From an uncultured Solirubrobacteraceae bacterium (GTDB lineage: Bacteria > Actinomycetota > Thermoleophilia > Solirubrobacterales > Solirubrobacteraceae): a DNA stretch of 64,000 nucleotides. The translations under genes and the position numbers were made by a program. The notes under the pieces are model-generated. The model saw nothing but the letters and a program-made list of their open reading frames with translations, was not told where the DNA came from and made no database searches. The stretch covers positions 89,193-153,192 of the forward strand of contig CAWBSJ010000003.1 of assembly GCA_963791405.1 (NCBI GenBank), written 5' to 3'. Shown here piece after piece: positions 26,884 through 38,062 of the stretch (position 1 is the stretch's first letter; every line of letters begins with the position of its first letter).

Positions 26884-27698
26884 GATCGCGATCCGGCGCA
26901 CGCGGTCGGCGGCCGGGCGGTCGAGCACGGTGATCGAGGCGAACGGCGCGGGGTCGCGGAGGTCCTCCAGCGCGCGGCGGTACGCCGCCCACTCGGCCAG
27001 CAGGTGCTCGAACAGGCCGTCGGCGATCCGTGGCGCGCCCTGTGCGGCGCGGCCGGCGCGGCAGGTCGGCGGCGTCGGCGTCGAGCAGGACCAGATGGGC
27101 GGGCGCGCCGGCGGCGGCGGCCGCCTTCGCCAGCCCGAGCCGGTGCCCCTCGCGCAGCGCGGTCGTGACCGCCACCGCGCCGCCGTCCGCGAGCGCGGCG
27201 CCCAGCGCCGCCCGCCACGCCGCGAGCGCCGCGGGCCGGTCGCGGCCGTCGCGCAGGTCGTCGGGGTCGAGGACCGGCAGCCGCCCGCGCGTCGACCGCG
27301 CGCGCGGCGAGCGTCGACTTGCCCGCCCCCGGCGGACCGCCGATCGCCACGAGCGCGCCGGCCGGGTAGCGCAGCACGGCGGGGCCGTCGCCGCCGCGCA
27401 GCCACGCGACGCCGTCCGGGGCGAGCGCGCGCCGGCGGGCGCGGTCGCCGCGCGGCCCGGTCATGCGCCGCAGCAGCTCGCCGGTCCCGACCTCCTCCGC
27501 CCCGAGCGCGACCGCGGCGCGGCGCCCGTGCGGCGGCAGGTCGTAGTGGTCGCGCTGGAACCAGCGCCGCCGCAGCCCGAGCCGCGCCGCGAACGCGTGG
27601 AGCTCGTCGAGGTCGCCGTCGGTGGCCATGTGGCACCAGGTCGTGAACGGCAGCGCCACGTCCGGGTACTCGCGCAGCTCGTCGACGAGGATCGCCAT
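26863..27698 (-). CDS. DUF4031 domain fused to a P-loop kinase/ATPase-like domain, frameshifted 2-3 times
   Basis: N-terminus MAILVDELREYPDVALPFTTWCHMATDGDLDELHAFAARLGLRRRWFQRDHYDLPP is DUF4031-like. Walker A is VAIGGPPGAGKSTLA. Later parts (VAVTTALREGHRLGLAKAAAAAGAPAHLVLLD; RIADGLFEHLLAEWAAYRRALEDL) are in other frames. Confidence 0.7.
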
Positions 27699-27719
27699 CG
27701 CGGCGACCAGTGTGGCGGC

Positions 27720-30015
27720 TCAGCCGGTGCGCGCCAGCAGGTCCAGCACGGCGCCGAGCTGGTGGGCCAGCAGCTGCGCGCGCTCGATCTCGCGCGTGCT
27801 CCACGGGATCGCGTGGCGGCGGTAGAGCTCGAGCAGCCCGACGTCCTGCCCGCCGAACACGAGCGGGACGAGCAGCACGGCCTGGAAGCCGGCCTGCTCG
27901 AGCACCCCCACCTCGGCGGGGTCGGAGGCCGGGTCGCCGGTCAGGACCTGCCCCGCGGTGCGGGTGCGCAGGACGTAGGCGGTCGACGGGTAGTCCGCGA
28001 GCGCGTAGCGCTGGCCGGGCTGCGACCAGCCGTGGCGGCTGATGTCCTCGACGCAGTCCGCGCCGGGCACGACGCGCGAGACCGCAGCGTCGTCGCCGCC
28101 GAGCACGGCGGGGATCATCTCCGCCACCGCGCGGATGTCGTCGACGCAGCTCACGCCGGCGAGCAGCGCGATCACGTCGCCGAGCGTCGGCGCGCGCTCC
28201 TCGCTCGTCTCGCGCGCGACCCGCAGCCCGAGCCGCAGCTCGGCGGAGGCGGCCGCGGCGGCGCCCGGGCGTGAGCACGGCCCACGGCGCGTCGGGGCGG
28301 GCGAGCGCCCAGCCCTGCGCGTAGGTGACGTCGAGCCCCGCCAGCACGGCGAGGTCCTCGAGCGCCTCGACGCCCTCCGCGCAGATCGCCGCCCGCGTGG
28401 TCGACGCGAACGAGATCAGCGCCTCGAGCAGCGCGAAGCGGTGCGGGTCGTCGTGGATCCCGTCCACGAGCGAGCGGTCGAGCTTGAGGATGTCGGGCGC
28501 GATCCGGATGATCTGCTGGAGCCCGGCGTAGCCGTTGCCCGCGTCGTCGAGCGCGATCCGCGCGCCGCGGGCGCGCAGCCGCTCGATCTCGCGGTCCAGC
28601 GACGCGTCGGCCGAGAACAGCTCGTGCTCGGTCAGCTCGATCACGATCCCGCTCAGGTCCGCGGGGAGCGCGGCCAGGACCTCGGGGGACTGCAGCGCGC
28701 CGGGGCTGACGTTGAGCGCGAGGAAGGTGCGCTCCGGCCGCCCGCCGGCGCGGAGCGCGGCACGCAGCGCGGCCGCCTCCAGCGCCGCGCCGAGACCGGC
28801 GCGGTGGGCCTGTGCGAACCACTGGTCGGGCGGCCGGAACGGTCCGTCGGGCATCCGGGCGAGCGCCTCGTAGCCGGCCACGCGGCCGGTGGCGAGCTCG
28901 AGCACGGGCTGGAACACCGGGACGATCGACCCCTCGTGGGCGAGCAGCGCCTCGACCTCGGCGCGCTGGCCGTCGCCGGACAGGTCGCCGGCGAGCCGGC
29001 GGTCGTAGCGGCGGCTCTGGTCGCGGCCCGAGCGCTTGGCCCAGTACATCGCGCCGTCCGCCAGCTCGAGCAGCCGGCCGGCCTCGCCCGCGTCGGCGGG
29101 GAACGACGCGACGCCGGCCGAGCAGGAGAGCGGGCGGCCGCCGACCTCGACGGTGGCGATCGCGGCGCGGGCGCGCTCGGCGGCCTCGCCGGCGTGGTCG
29201 CCGTCGACGCCCGGGAGGATCAGCGCGAACTCCTCGCCGCCGAGCCGGGCGACGACGTCGTCCTCGCGCACGATCGAGCGCAGGCGGTCCGCCGCCGCGA
29301 CGAGCACCTTGTCGCCCTCGGCGTGGCCGTAGGCGTCGTTGACGGTCTTGAAGTGGTCGAGATCGACGACGACCACGCTGAGCGGCCGGTCCGCCGCCGT
29401 CGCGCGCGCGACCTCCTCCCCCAGCCGCTCGTGGCAGGCGCGGTGGTTGAGCAGCCCGGTCAGGCCGTCGGAGCGCGCCTGCTCGCGCAGCGTCTCGCGC
29501 CGCCGCGCGGAGTCGAAGGCGAGCGCGGCCATCGTCGCGAACTGCTCGACCTGCTCGACCTCGGCGTCGGTGAACGCCCGGCCGACGCCGAGCCGGTAGA
29601 CGTTGAGCGCCGCGACGACGCGGTCGCCGACGATCAGCGGCACGGACACGAGCGACTCCGGCTCGAGCTCGGTCCCCTCGACGACGGCGACGATCGGGTC
29701 GTGGTCGGCGCGCTCGACGTTGCGCGTGCGGCGGTTGGCGACCACCCAGCCGGTGACGCCCTCGCCGATCGGGAACGCGTCCGCCATCACCTCGTCCGCG
29801 TAGGCGCCGAGCGCGAACACCGGGCGCAGCATCCCCGCGGCGCGGTCGACCTCGTAGAGCGTGATCTCGTCGAAGTCCAGCAGCACGCCCAGGTGGTGCG
29901 CGATGCGCCCGAGCGTGTCGGAGAGCGAATCCGCGGCGAGGATCCCCGCGGCGGCGTTCACGAGTGCCTCCAGCGCGGAGGTGTCGGCATGCCGGGACCC
30001 CGTGGATACGGCCAT
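27720..30015 (-). CDS. GAF-GGDEF-EAL-GAF signalling protein (c-di-GMP turnover), one frameshift
   Basis: N-terminal GAF (FDEITLYEVD...), GGDEF (RLGGEEFALILPG), EAL (GYEALARM, ELTEHE, DDAGNGYAG, KLDRSL). After a shift at CCCGGG 28264-28269 a second GAF follows (ORF 27720..28175). Confidence 0.9.
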
Positions 30016-30071
30016 CGGAGTGCATATCGTCCGCGCGGGACCGCGGCTTGAACCTTCTACCCTGGCCGCGC

Positions 30072-30602
30072 ATGCGACGTCTGCCGATCCTCCTCGCCTG
30101 CTGCCTCCTCGCCGTCGGTGCCGCCGCGTGCGGCGACGACTCGGACGAGCAGAGCGCGGCCCCGGCGGCGACCGCCACGCCCGCCGCGACGACCGCCGCG
30201 GACCTCGCGAAGGACGTCGACACCGACCTGACCGCCAAGCCGGCGATCGGGACGCCGTCGGGCGACCCGCCGGCCCAGCTCGAGAGCGTCGACATCGTCG
30301 AGGGCAAGGGCAAGGCGGCGAAGAAGGGCGACGTCGTCGACGTGCAGTACGTCGGCAACTCGTGGTCGACCGGGCAGCAGTTCGACGCGTCGTGGGACCG
30401 CGGCACGCAGCCGTTCACGTTCCCGCTCGGCGCCGGCCAGGTCATCCCGGGCTGGGACGAGGGCGTCGCGGGGATGAAGAAGGGCGGCCGCCGGCTGCTC
30501 GTCATCCCGCCGGACCTCGCCTACGGCGACCAGAGCCCGAGCCCGGAGATCGGTCCCGGCGAGACGCTCGTCTTCGTCGTCGACCTGAAGGGGATCCACT
30601 AG
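30072..30602 (+). CDS. FKBP-type peptidyl-prolyl cis-trans isomerase, lipoprotein
   Basis: MRRLPILLACCLLAVGAAACG (lipobox). FKBP core: VDVQYVGNSWSTGQQFDASWDRG.PF.FPLGAGQVIPGWDEGVAGMKKGGRRLLVIPP.LAYG. Confidence 0.9.
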   Translation: MRRLPILLACCLLAVGAAACGDDSDEQSAAPAATATPAATTAADLAKDVDTDLTAKPAIGTPSGDPPAQLESVDIVEGKGKAAKKGDVVDVQYVGNSWSTGQQFDASWDRGTQPFTFPLGAGQVIPGWDEGVAGMKKGGRRLLVIPPDLAYGDQSPSPEIGPGETLVFVVDLKGIH

Positions 30603-30606
30603 GCCG

Positions 30607-31363
30607 ATGGACGGCGACGGCTGGACTCCCGAGGACGAGGAGGAGTACCGCCGCACGCATCCGCGCCCGCCGACGTCCGCCGACGAGGAGCTGCTCGAGG
30701 CCGACACCGCGGCGATCGTCTCGCAGCTCGACGACGACGCGCGCACGAAGCGGATCGAGGAGGAGCTGCGGCAGGGCTTCGCCGCGCTCTCGCACGTCGG
30801 GCCGGCCGTCTCGATCTTCGGCTCCGCCCGCACGCCGCGGACCGACGCGATGTACGCGAAGGCGCGCGAGACCGCCGCCGTGCTCGGGCGCGCCGGGTTC
30901 TCGATCATCACCGGCGGCGGCCCGGGGATCATGGAGGCCGGCAACCGCGGCGCGCACGAGGCCGGGCGCGACCTCGATCGGGCTCGACATCGAGCTGCCG
31001 CACGAGCAGTTCGAGAACCACTACGTCGACATCGGCCTCAGCTTCCACTACTTCTTCGCGCGCAAGGTGATGTTCGTCCGCTACGCGAGCGCGTTCGTGG
31101 TCTTCCCGGGCGGGTTCGGCACGCTCGACGAGCTGTTCGAGGCGGCGACGCTGCGCCAGACCGGCAAGATCCGGCACTTCCCGATCGTGCTGTTCGGCTC
31201 CGCCTACTGGGAGGGGCTCGTCGGGTGGCTCCGCAACAGCGTCGCGCGGGCCGGCAACATCGTCCCCGCCGACGTCGACACGCTGCTCGTCACCGACAGC
31301 GTCAGCGAGGTGCTGCGGATCGTCCAGGCCGCCGAGCACCGACGCCCGCGAGCGGCCGCCTGA
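30607..31363 (+). CDS. LOG family / TIGR00730 Rossmann-fold protein, one frameshift near 30965
   Basis: VSIFGSARTP...IITGGGPGIMEAGNRGA in ORF 30607.., then SIGLDIELPHEQ...FVVFPGGFGTLDELFEA (PGGxGTxxE) in the frame ending at 31363. Confidence 0.85.
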
Positions 31364-31432
31364 CCCCCCTGCCAGCGGGGTTGTGGGCGCTTATAGCGTT
31401 GCCCGCACGTCGTTGATCGAAGGGGAGTCGCC

Positions 31433-34216
31433 GTGCCTGGACGTTGCCGTACCGCCCGCCTCGCGACCGCGCTGGCGGTCGGCGGACTCCTCCTGGGCGC
31501 GGCCGACGCGGGCGCGGCGCCCGCCGCCGTGAACGCCCGCGCGGCGGACCAGGTCGACGCACTCCAGGACCTCAAGCGCGGCGCGCAGAAGGGTCCCGAG
31601 CGCAAGCTCGACAGCCGGCTCGTGATCGCGCAGGCGCAGCGCTCCGGGAAGCTCGCCGCGCTGCCGCGGCTCGACGCCGGCGTGGCGGTCGGCGCGGGCG
31701 GGATGACCGACGTCGACATCCGCGGCCGCGTCGGGCCCGCGCTGGTCGCGCGGCTGGAGCGGGCGGGTGCCCGGGTGCGGTACGCGTCCGAGCGCCTGGG
31801 CGCCGTGCGCGCCGCGGTGCCGCTCGCGGCGCTGGACCGGATCGCGGCGTGGGCGTCCGTCGACCGGGTCGACGCCGCGGCGCGGGCGATGACCGCGCGG
31901 ATCGCACCGCCCGCCAAGCCTGAGGGGAAGGAGGCGAAGGCGGCGCGGCTGGACCGCGCGCTCTCGCGTGCGCTGCTCGCGCCGGGCCAGGGCGCGATCG
32001 TCTCCGAGGGCGACAAGGCCCACGCGGCCGACGTCGCCCGGGCGCGCACGCGCGTGACCGGGACGGGCGCGAAGCTGTGCGCGCTCTCGGACGGCGTCGA
32101 CTCGCTCGCCGCCTCCGAGGCGTCCGGCGAGCTGCCGCCGGTCGACGTGCTCCCCGGCGAGGCGGGCGACGGCGACGAGGGCACCGCGATGCTCGAGATC
32201 CTCCACGACGTGGCGCCGGGCGCGGCGCTCGGGTTCGCGACCGCGTTCACGAGCGACGCGTCGTTCGCGGACAACATCCGCGCGCTGCGGTTCGACGCCG
32301 GCTGCGACGTGATCGTCGACGACGTCCTCTACTACAACGAGACGCCGTTCCAGGACGGGCCGATCGCCCAGTCGGTCGACGCGGTCACCGCCGACGGCGC
32401 GCTCTACTTCAGCTCCGCCGGCAACGAGGGCAACGTGATCGACGGGACCTCGGGCAACTACGAGGGCGACTTCGCCGACTCGGGGCGGAGCGTCGGCAAG
32501 TTCGCCGGCAGCGCGCACGACTTCGATCCCGGTCCGGGCGTCCAGGTCTTCGAGCCGCTCTCGCGCGAGAGCACCGGCGTGGTGACGACGCTGTTCTGGG
32601 CCGACCCGCTCGGCGGCGCGGCGAACGACTACGACCTCTACCTGTTCGACGCGGCGGGCAACGTGCTCGGCGTCTCGCAGGACGTCCAGAACGGCGACGA
32701 CGACCCGTTCGAGATCCTCCAGACGACGAGCAGCACCACCCAGCGGCTGGCGGTCGTGCGGTTCGCGGGCGCGCCGCGCTACTTCCAGCTGTCCGCGCTG
32801 CGCGGCCGGTTCACCGACTCGGCCGACGGGCTCGTGGCGCGCGTGACGCCGGGCATCACGCGCGGGCACTCCGCCGCGCGCGAGGCGTTCAGCACGGCGG
32901 CCGCGCCCGCGTCGGTGCCGCTCCCGTTCGACCTCGAGACCGGCGACCCGCCGAACCCGGCCGGGCCGTTCCCGAACCCGTTCACGGCGGCGCAGCTGCC
33001 CGAGCGGTTCACGTCCGACGGGCCGCGGCGGGTGTTCTTCGAGGCCGACGGCACGCCGATCACGCCGGGCGACTTCAGCGCCACCGGCGGCGAGCTGCGG
33101 CAGAAGCCCGACTTCACCGCCGCGGACGGGGTGCGGACCTCGGTCGACGGCTTCGACCCGTTCTTCGGCACGTCGGCGGCGGCGCCGCACCTCGCCGCGA
33201 TCGCGGGCCTGATCGTGGCCGGCAACCCCGGCATCGGCAGCGCCGAGGTGCGGGAGGCGTTCGCGGCGGCCGCGCTCGATCTCGTGCCCCGCGGGATCGA
33301 CCCGCGGACCGGCGCGGGGATCGTGCGCGCCGACCGCGCGCTCGCCTACACCGGCGCGACGCCGCAGCCGCTCGTGACCGCCGGCGACCTCGTCCTGAGC
33401 GCCGAGGAGGGCGACGGGGACGGGATCCTCGAGCCGGGCGAGAGCGCCACGCTCGACCTGCCCGTCACGAACGTGGGCGACGGCACCGCGACCGGCGTGA
33501 GCGTGGTGCTGACCGACGCCGACCCGCAGACGACGATCGCGCCGCGGTCGCGCGCCTACGGGAGCCTCGCGGCGGGCGCCACCAGGACGCGCCCGTTCCG
33601 CGTCACGCTCGCGGGCGGCTACCCGCTCGGGAAGCCGCTGGCGCTGACCGCGCGGGTGACGTTCGCCGGCCGGCTGTCGCCGACGACGGCGACGCTCCGC
33701 TACGCGGTCGGCCGGCCCGCCGCGACGCCGACGACGTTCGCCTACGCCGGCCCGGCGGTGCCGATCCCCGACAACAACCCGGCGGGCGCCTCGGTGGCGA
33801 TCCCGGTGAGCGGGATCGGCTACGCCGCCGATCTCGAGCTCTCGATCGACGGCGCGACGTGCACCACCGACATCGGGGCGACGACGGTCGGGATCGACCA
33901 CACCTACGTCGGCGATCTCACCGGCACGCTGACGGCGCCGGGCGGCGCGACGGCGACGCTGTTCCAGCGCTCGGGCGCGAGCGGGAACAACCTCTGCCGG
34001 GTCGTGTTCGACGACGCCGCCGAGGAGCCGTTCACCAGCGCCGTCTCGTCGGACGCCCCGTTCACCGGGAGCTGGCGGCCGCGGACGCCGCTCGCGGACC
34101 TGCTCACCGCGCCGGTCGACGGCGACTGGACGTTCAAGGTCGCCGACGGCGCGGCCGCGGACACGGGCAGCCTCCGCGCGGTCTCGCTCCGGGTGACGGG
34201 CTACGTGACCGGCTGA
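31433..34216 (+). CDS. secreted S8-family serine peptidase with C-terminal proprotein-convertase P-domain
   Basis: Intact 927-aa ORF with RBS GAAGGGGAG and a signal peptide. Motifs CALSDGVDS (Asp), EILHDVAPGA (His region), SSAGNEGN and FFGTSAAAPHLAAIAGL (Ser). P-domain-like IDHTYVGDLTGTLTAPGGATATLF...DGDWTFKVAD. Confidence 0.8.
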   Translation: MPGRCRTARLATALAVGGLLLGAADAGAAPAAVNARAADQVDALQDLKRGAQKGPERKLDSRLVIAQAQRSGKLAALPRLDAGVAVGAGGMTDVDIRGRVGPALVARLERAGARVRYASERLGAVRAAVPLAALDRIAAWASVDRVDAAARAMTARIAPPAKPEGKEAKAARLDRALSRALLAPGQGAIVSEGDKAHAADVARARTRVTGTGAKLCALSDGVDSLAASEASGELPPVDVLPGEAGDGDEGTAMLEILHDVAPGAALGFATAFTSDASFADNIRALRFDAGCDVIVDDVLYYNETPFQDGPIAQSVDAVTADGALYFSSAGNEGNVIDGTSGNYEGDFADSGRSVGKFAGSAHDFDPGPGVQVFEPLSRESTGVVTTLFWADPLGGAANDYDLYLFDAAGNVLGVSQDVQNGDDDPFEILQTTSSTTQRLAVVRFAGAPRYFQLSALRGRFTDSADGLVARVTPGITRGHSAAREAFSTAAAPASVPLPFDLETGDPPNPAGPFPNPFTAAQLPERFTSDGPRRVFFEADGTPITPGDFSATGGELRQKPDFTAADGVRTSVDGFDPFFGTSAAAPHLAAIAGLIVAGNPGIGSAEVREAFAAAALDLVPRGIDPRTGAGIVRADRALAYTGATPQPLVTAGDLVLSAEEGDGDGILEPGESATLDLPVTNVGDGTATGVSVVLTDADPQTTIAPRSRAYGSLAAGATRTRPFRVTLAGGYPLGKPLALTARVTFAGRLSPTTATLRYAVGRPAATPTTFAYAGPAVPIPDNNPAGASVAIPVSGIGYAADLELSIDGATCTTDIGATTVGIDHTYVGDLTGTLTAPGGATATLFQRSGASGNNLCRVVFDDAAEEPFTSAVSSDAPFTGSWRPRTPLADLLTAPVDGDWTFKVADGAAADTGSLRAVSLRVTGYVTG

Positions 34217-34271
34217 GGCGTCGCAGCGCGCGCGGGCGGTGCGCCCGCGCGCTCTGCGATCCTCCGTCGGG

Positions 34272-37236
34272 ATGGCCACCGGCGTCACCTCCCAGCGGAT
34301 CGTCGGCCGGACGCTGGAGCTCGCGCAGCTCCAGGCCGCGCTCGCCGACGCGGCCGGCGGCCAGCCGTCGCTCGCGTTCGTGGTCGGCGAGTCGGGCGTC
34401 GGGAAGAGCCGGCTCGTCGCGGAGCTCGAGGCGCGCGCGACGGCCGACGGCGCGCGCGTGCTGAGCGGCGAGTGCGTCGAGCTCGGCGAGGGCGAGCTCG
34501 CCTACGCGCCGCTCGTCACCGCCCTGCGCCCGCTCGTCCGCGACGCCGACCCGGTGCTCGACGCCCTCCCCGACGACATCCGCGCCGAGCTGGCCACGCT
34601 GCTGCCGGGGCTCGTCGCCACGACCCGCGGGCACGAGCGCGGCGCGGGCGACCAGGCGCGGGTGTTCGAGGCGCTGCTCGCGGTGCTCGACGGGCTCGCG
34701 CGCGAGACCCCGGTGGTGCTCGTGGTCGAGGACCTGCACTGGGCGGACGCGTCGACGCGCGCGTTCCTGCGCTTCCTCGCCGCCACGCTCTCGACCGAGC
34801 CGCTGCTGATCGTCGCCACCTACCGGCCGGACGAGCTGCACCGCCGGCACCCGCTGCGGCCGCTGCTCGCGGAGCTCGAGCGCGTCCGCGCGCTGCGGAT
34901 CGACCTCGCGGGGCTCAGCCGCGACGAGCTCGCCGAGCAGCTCGGCGACATCCTCGGCGCCGCGCCCGACGCGGCGCTCGTCGAGCGGCTGTACGCGCGC
35001 AGCGAGGGCAACCCGCTCTTCACGGAGGAGCTCCTCGCGGCGGGGACCGACGGGCGCGGCTCGCTCCCGCCGAGCCTCGCCGCGGCGCTCGCGCTGCGGA
35101 TCGACCGGCTCGGCGAGGACGCGCAGGAGGTCGTCCGGGTGCTGTCCGCCGGCGGCGTGCTCGACGACGCGCTGCTCGCCGAGGTGAGCGGGCTCGACCG
35201 GCGCGCGCTCCGCGACGGGCTGCGCGAGGCGATGGCGGCGCACATCGTCGTGCTCCACGGCGAGCGCTACACGCTCCGCCACGCGCTCATGGCGGAGGCC
35301 GTCCACGACGACCTGCTGCCGGGCGAGCGCGCCGAGCTGCACCGGGCGCTGGCGGCCGCGCTGTCCGGCTCCGAGGGCCCGGAGACCGGCGCCCAGCGCG
35401 CCGCGGCGATCGCGCACCACTACCTGGCCGCCGGCGACCAGCCGGCCGCGCTCGCCGCCGCGGTGCGCGCGGGGATGGCGGCGATGGACGTCCAGGCGTT
35501 CGGCGAGGGCGCGACGCTGTTCGAGCGCGCGCTGGAGCTGTGGGACCGCGTGCCGGACGCCGCCGCGCTGACCGGCACCGACCAGGTCGACCTGCTCGAG
35601 CGCGCCGCGGGCTGCCACGTCTACGCGGACGACCCGGGCCGGGCGGTGACGCTCGCGCGCCGCGCGCTCAAGCTGGTCGATCCGGAGCAGGACCCGCGCC
35701 GCGTGGCCTGGATCCACGGCCTGCTGCAGCGCTCGCTGTGGACGCTCCTGCGCCAGGACGAGGCGATGGAGGAGCTCGAGCGGGGGCTCGCGCTGGTCGC
35801 CGACGACGAGCCGTCGCCGCAGCGCGCCGGGCTGCTCGCCCGCCACGCGAAGGCGCTCACGCTGCAGTCGCGCTACCACCGCGCCGTGCGCGAGGCGCGC
35901 CGCGCCCTGGACGAGCAGGCGGCGCTGACCGACCCGGACGGCTACTTCGTCGACGACATCGGCGCGCTCAACGCGCTCGGCGTCTCCCAGATGGCGATCG
36001 GCGCGCTCGACGAGGGCGCCGCCGCGCTGGGCCGGGCGCTCGCGCTCGCGCGCGAGCGCGGGCACCTGCAGGACATCGCCTCCACCTCGGTCAACATGAG
36101 CGACGCGCTGCACCTGGCGGGCCGGACGGCCGAGGCGCTCGAGGTCGCCCGCGCCGGCCACGCGGAGCTCGCCTCGCTGCCGACGCGGCAGGGCTGGCTG
36201 TCGCTGCTGATCGCGCAGCAGTCGTTCGACTCGGGCGACTGGGAGGCGGCCGACGCCGCGCTCGCCGAGGTCGCGCGGCGGCGGCTGACGGGCGGCAACT
36301 GGGAGCTGGAGGTCGCGCTGCGGCGGGCCGAGCTGGCGCTCGCGCGCGACGAGTGCGAGGAGGCGCGGTCGCAGCTCACGCGCGCCGCCGAGGTCGCGGT
36401 CGACTCGCGCGAGCCGCAGTACCTGGGCGTGCTCGGCGCGCTGCAGACCGAGCTCGCCGCGCGCTCCGGCGACACCGCCGGCGCCCGCGCCGCGGTCGAC
36501 GAGGCGCTCGACCGGATCGAGTTCTGCTCCGACGACGCGCTGCGGATGGCGATGGTGAGCACCGCCGGGCTCGCGGCCGAGGCGACCGCGGCGCAGCAGG
36601 CGCGCGACGTCGGCGACGTCGCCGCGGCCGACCTCGCCGTGACCCACGCGGACCTGCTGGTCGCGCGGGTGCGGGCGTGCGCCGAGGACGGCGGCGCGCT
36701 CGAGCTCGCCTACCTCGCCCACGCCGAGGCCGACCACTGCCGCGCCGTCGGCTCCGACCAGGCGGCGCACTGGGACGCGGCGGCGGCGAGCTGGGCGGCG
36801 CTCGACCGGCCCTACCTCGCGGCGATCGCGCGCTGGCGCCAGGCCGAGGCGCTCGTGGCCGAGGGCGACCGCGAGGCGGCGGCCGCGCCGGCGTCGGAGG
36901 CGGTCGAGACCGCCGAGCGGCTCGGCGCGGCGTGGCTCGAGGGCGAGGTCGAGAGCCTCGCCGCGCGGGCCCGGCTGCGGCTGGCCGGCGATGCCGCGGC
37001 CGGCGCGGAGGCCGCCCGAGGAGGACGAGGACCCGTTCGGGCTCACGCCGCGCGAGCGGCAGGTGCTCGCGCTCGTGGCCGCCGGCGCGACGAACCGCGA
37101 GATCGGGCGCCAGCTCTACATGGCCGAGAAGACCGCGAGCGTCCACGTGTCGCGGATCCTCGCCAAGCTCGACGTGCGCTCGCGCACCGAGGCCGCGGGC
37201 GTCGCCCACCGGCTCGGGCTCGACGCCACGGTCTGA
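34272..37236 (+). CDS. LAL-type LuxR family transcriptional regulator (AAA/P-loop N-terminus, TPR-like middle, HTH C-terminus), one frameshift near 37000
   Basis: Walker A is VVGESGVGKSRL and Walker B-like is VLVVEDLHWAD, with a long helical repeat region. The C-terminal LuxR HTH LTPRERQVLALVAAGATNREIGRQLYMAEKTASVHVSRILAKLDV is in ORF 36991..37236. Confidence 0.85.
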
Positions 37237-37248
37237 CGGCGACCCGGC

Positions 37249-37969
37249 TCAGCCGAGCACCGCGGCGGGGGCCGCGGCGCGGCGCGCCGCGGGCTCGCGC
37301 GCCGGCGCCGTGAACCCCTTCGCGATCAGGTAGACGGCGAAGGTCAGCTCCCAGATCATCTCCGGGAAGGTCAGCACGAACTGCGGGCCTGACTGGCGCT
37401 CGTAGACGCCGAACAGCGCTCCCGTCGCCGCCACGAGGGCGAGCGATCCGCCGACGAGCCCGAGCATCGCGACGCGCTTGGGCAGGAGGCCCGACGTGTA
37501 CATGAGGTAGCCGAGCAGGAGCCCGTTGCCGAGCGCCGCGCAGAAGCCCGGGCCGAGGAGGAACGTCCAGTCGTGGAAGGCGACGAGCGTCTGGCCGGCG
37601 ACCGTGAGCGTGCCCGGATCCGCGCCGGCGAGCTGCTCGTGCAGGGTCAGCACCGAGAGCATGCTGACGATCCCGACGACGATGACCGTCGACTCGAGGA
37701 TCCGGCGTGGCGACGTAGCCGAGCGCGATCCGGTGGCTGTACCGTCTGGCGAGCGGGTACAGCGCGACGGCGGTGCCGATGTTGCAGATCGCGGTCAGGA
37801 TCTCCAGGAACGCGCCGAGCGTGATCTGCGTGTCGTGGCCGCCGCCGGCGACGGAGCCGGGATCGTCGAGCACCGGACCGTAGAGCAGGTAGCCCGGGAT
37901 CGAGAAGGCGAAGGTGCCGATGAAGAGCCATCCCACGAGGCGTGCGGTGGTGCGGTCCGATACGGGCAT
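37249..37969 (-). CDS. DUF4386-like integral membrane protein, one frameshift near 37700
   Basis: MPVSDRTTARLVGWLFIGTFAFSIPGYLLYGPVL...LEILTAICNIGTAVALYPL is in one frame and MLSVLTLHEQ...FPEMIWELTFAVYLIAKGF is in ORF 37249..37662. Family assignment is from memory. Confidence 0.55.
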
Positions 37970-38043
37970 GACGTGCTCCTTCCGAGGCGCTGGTCGATGA
38001 CCCGGCCGACACTGCCCGCCGCGGAAGGACGGTGGCAAGGGTT

Positions 38044-38062
38044 GTTGCGGTTTCCGGGAATC
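38044..38062. promoter_or_regulatory. operator-like motif GTTGCGGTTTCCGGGAATC (copy 1)
   Basis: Lies upstream of the DUF4386 gene. It is a near-identical inverted copy of 38674..38692; the core TTTCCGGGAA is an imperfect palindrome. Confidence 0.4.

Noticed and set aside
26735-26900. A genomic island or integrative element at tRNA-Thr.
   Set aside because: There is no integrase, excisionase or phage gene on either side, and no repeat of the tRNA 3' half within the window. Flanking genes have normal GC and codon bias.
26863-30015. A single 1050-aa ORF spanning the GGDEF-EAL protein, the second GAF domain and the DUF4031/kinase gene.
   Set aside because: After the EAL domain the in-frame translation becomes Arg/Pro/Ala noise for more than 400 aa. 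Meanwhile the real GAF, DUF4031 and P-loop sequences appear in other frames, with their own start at 27698.
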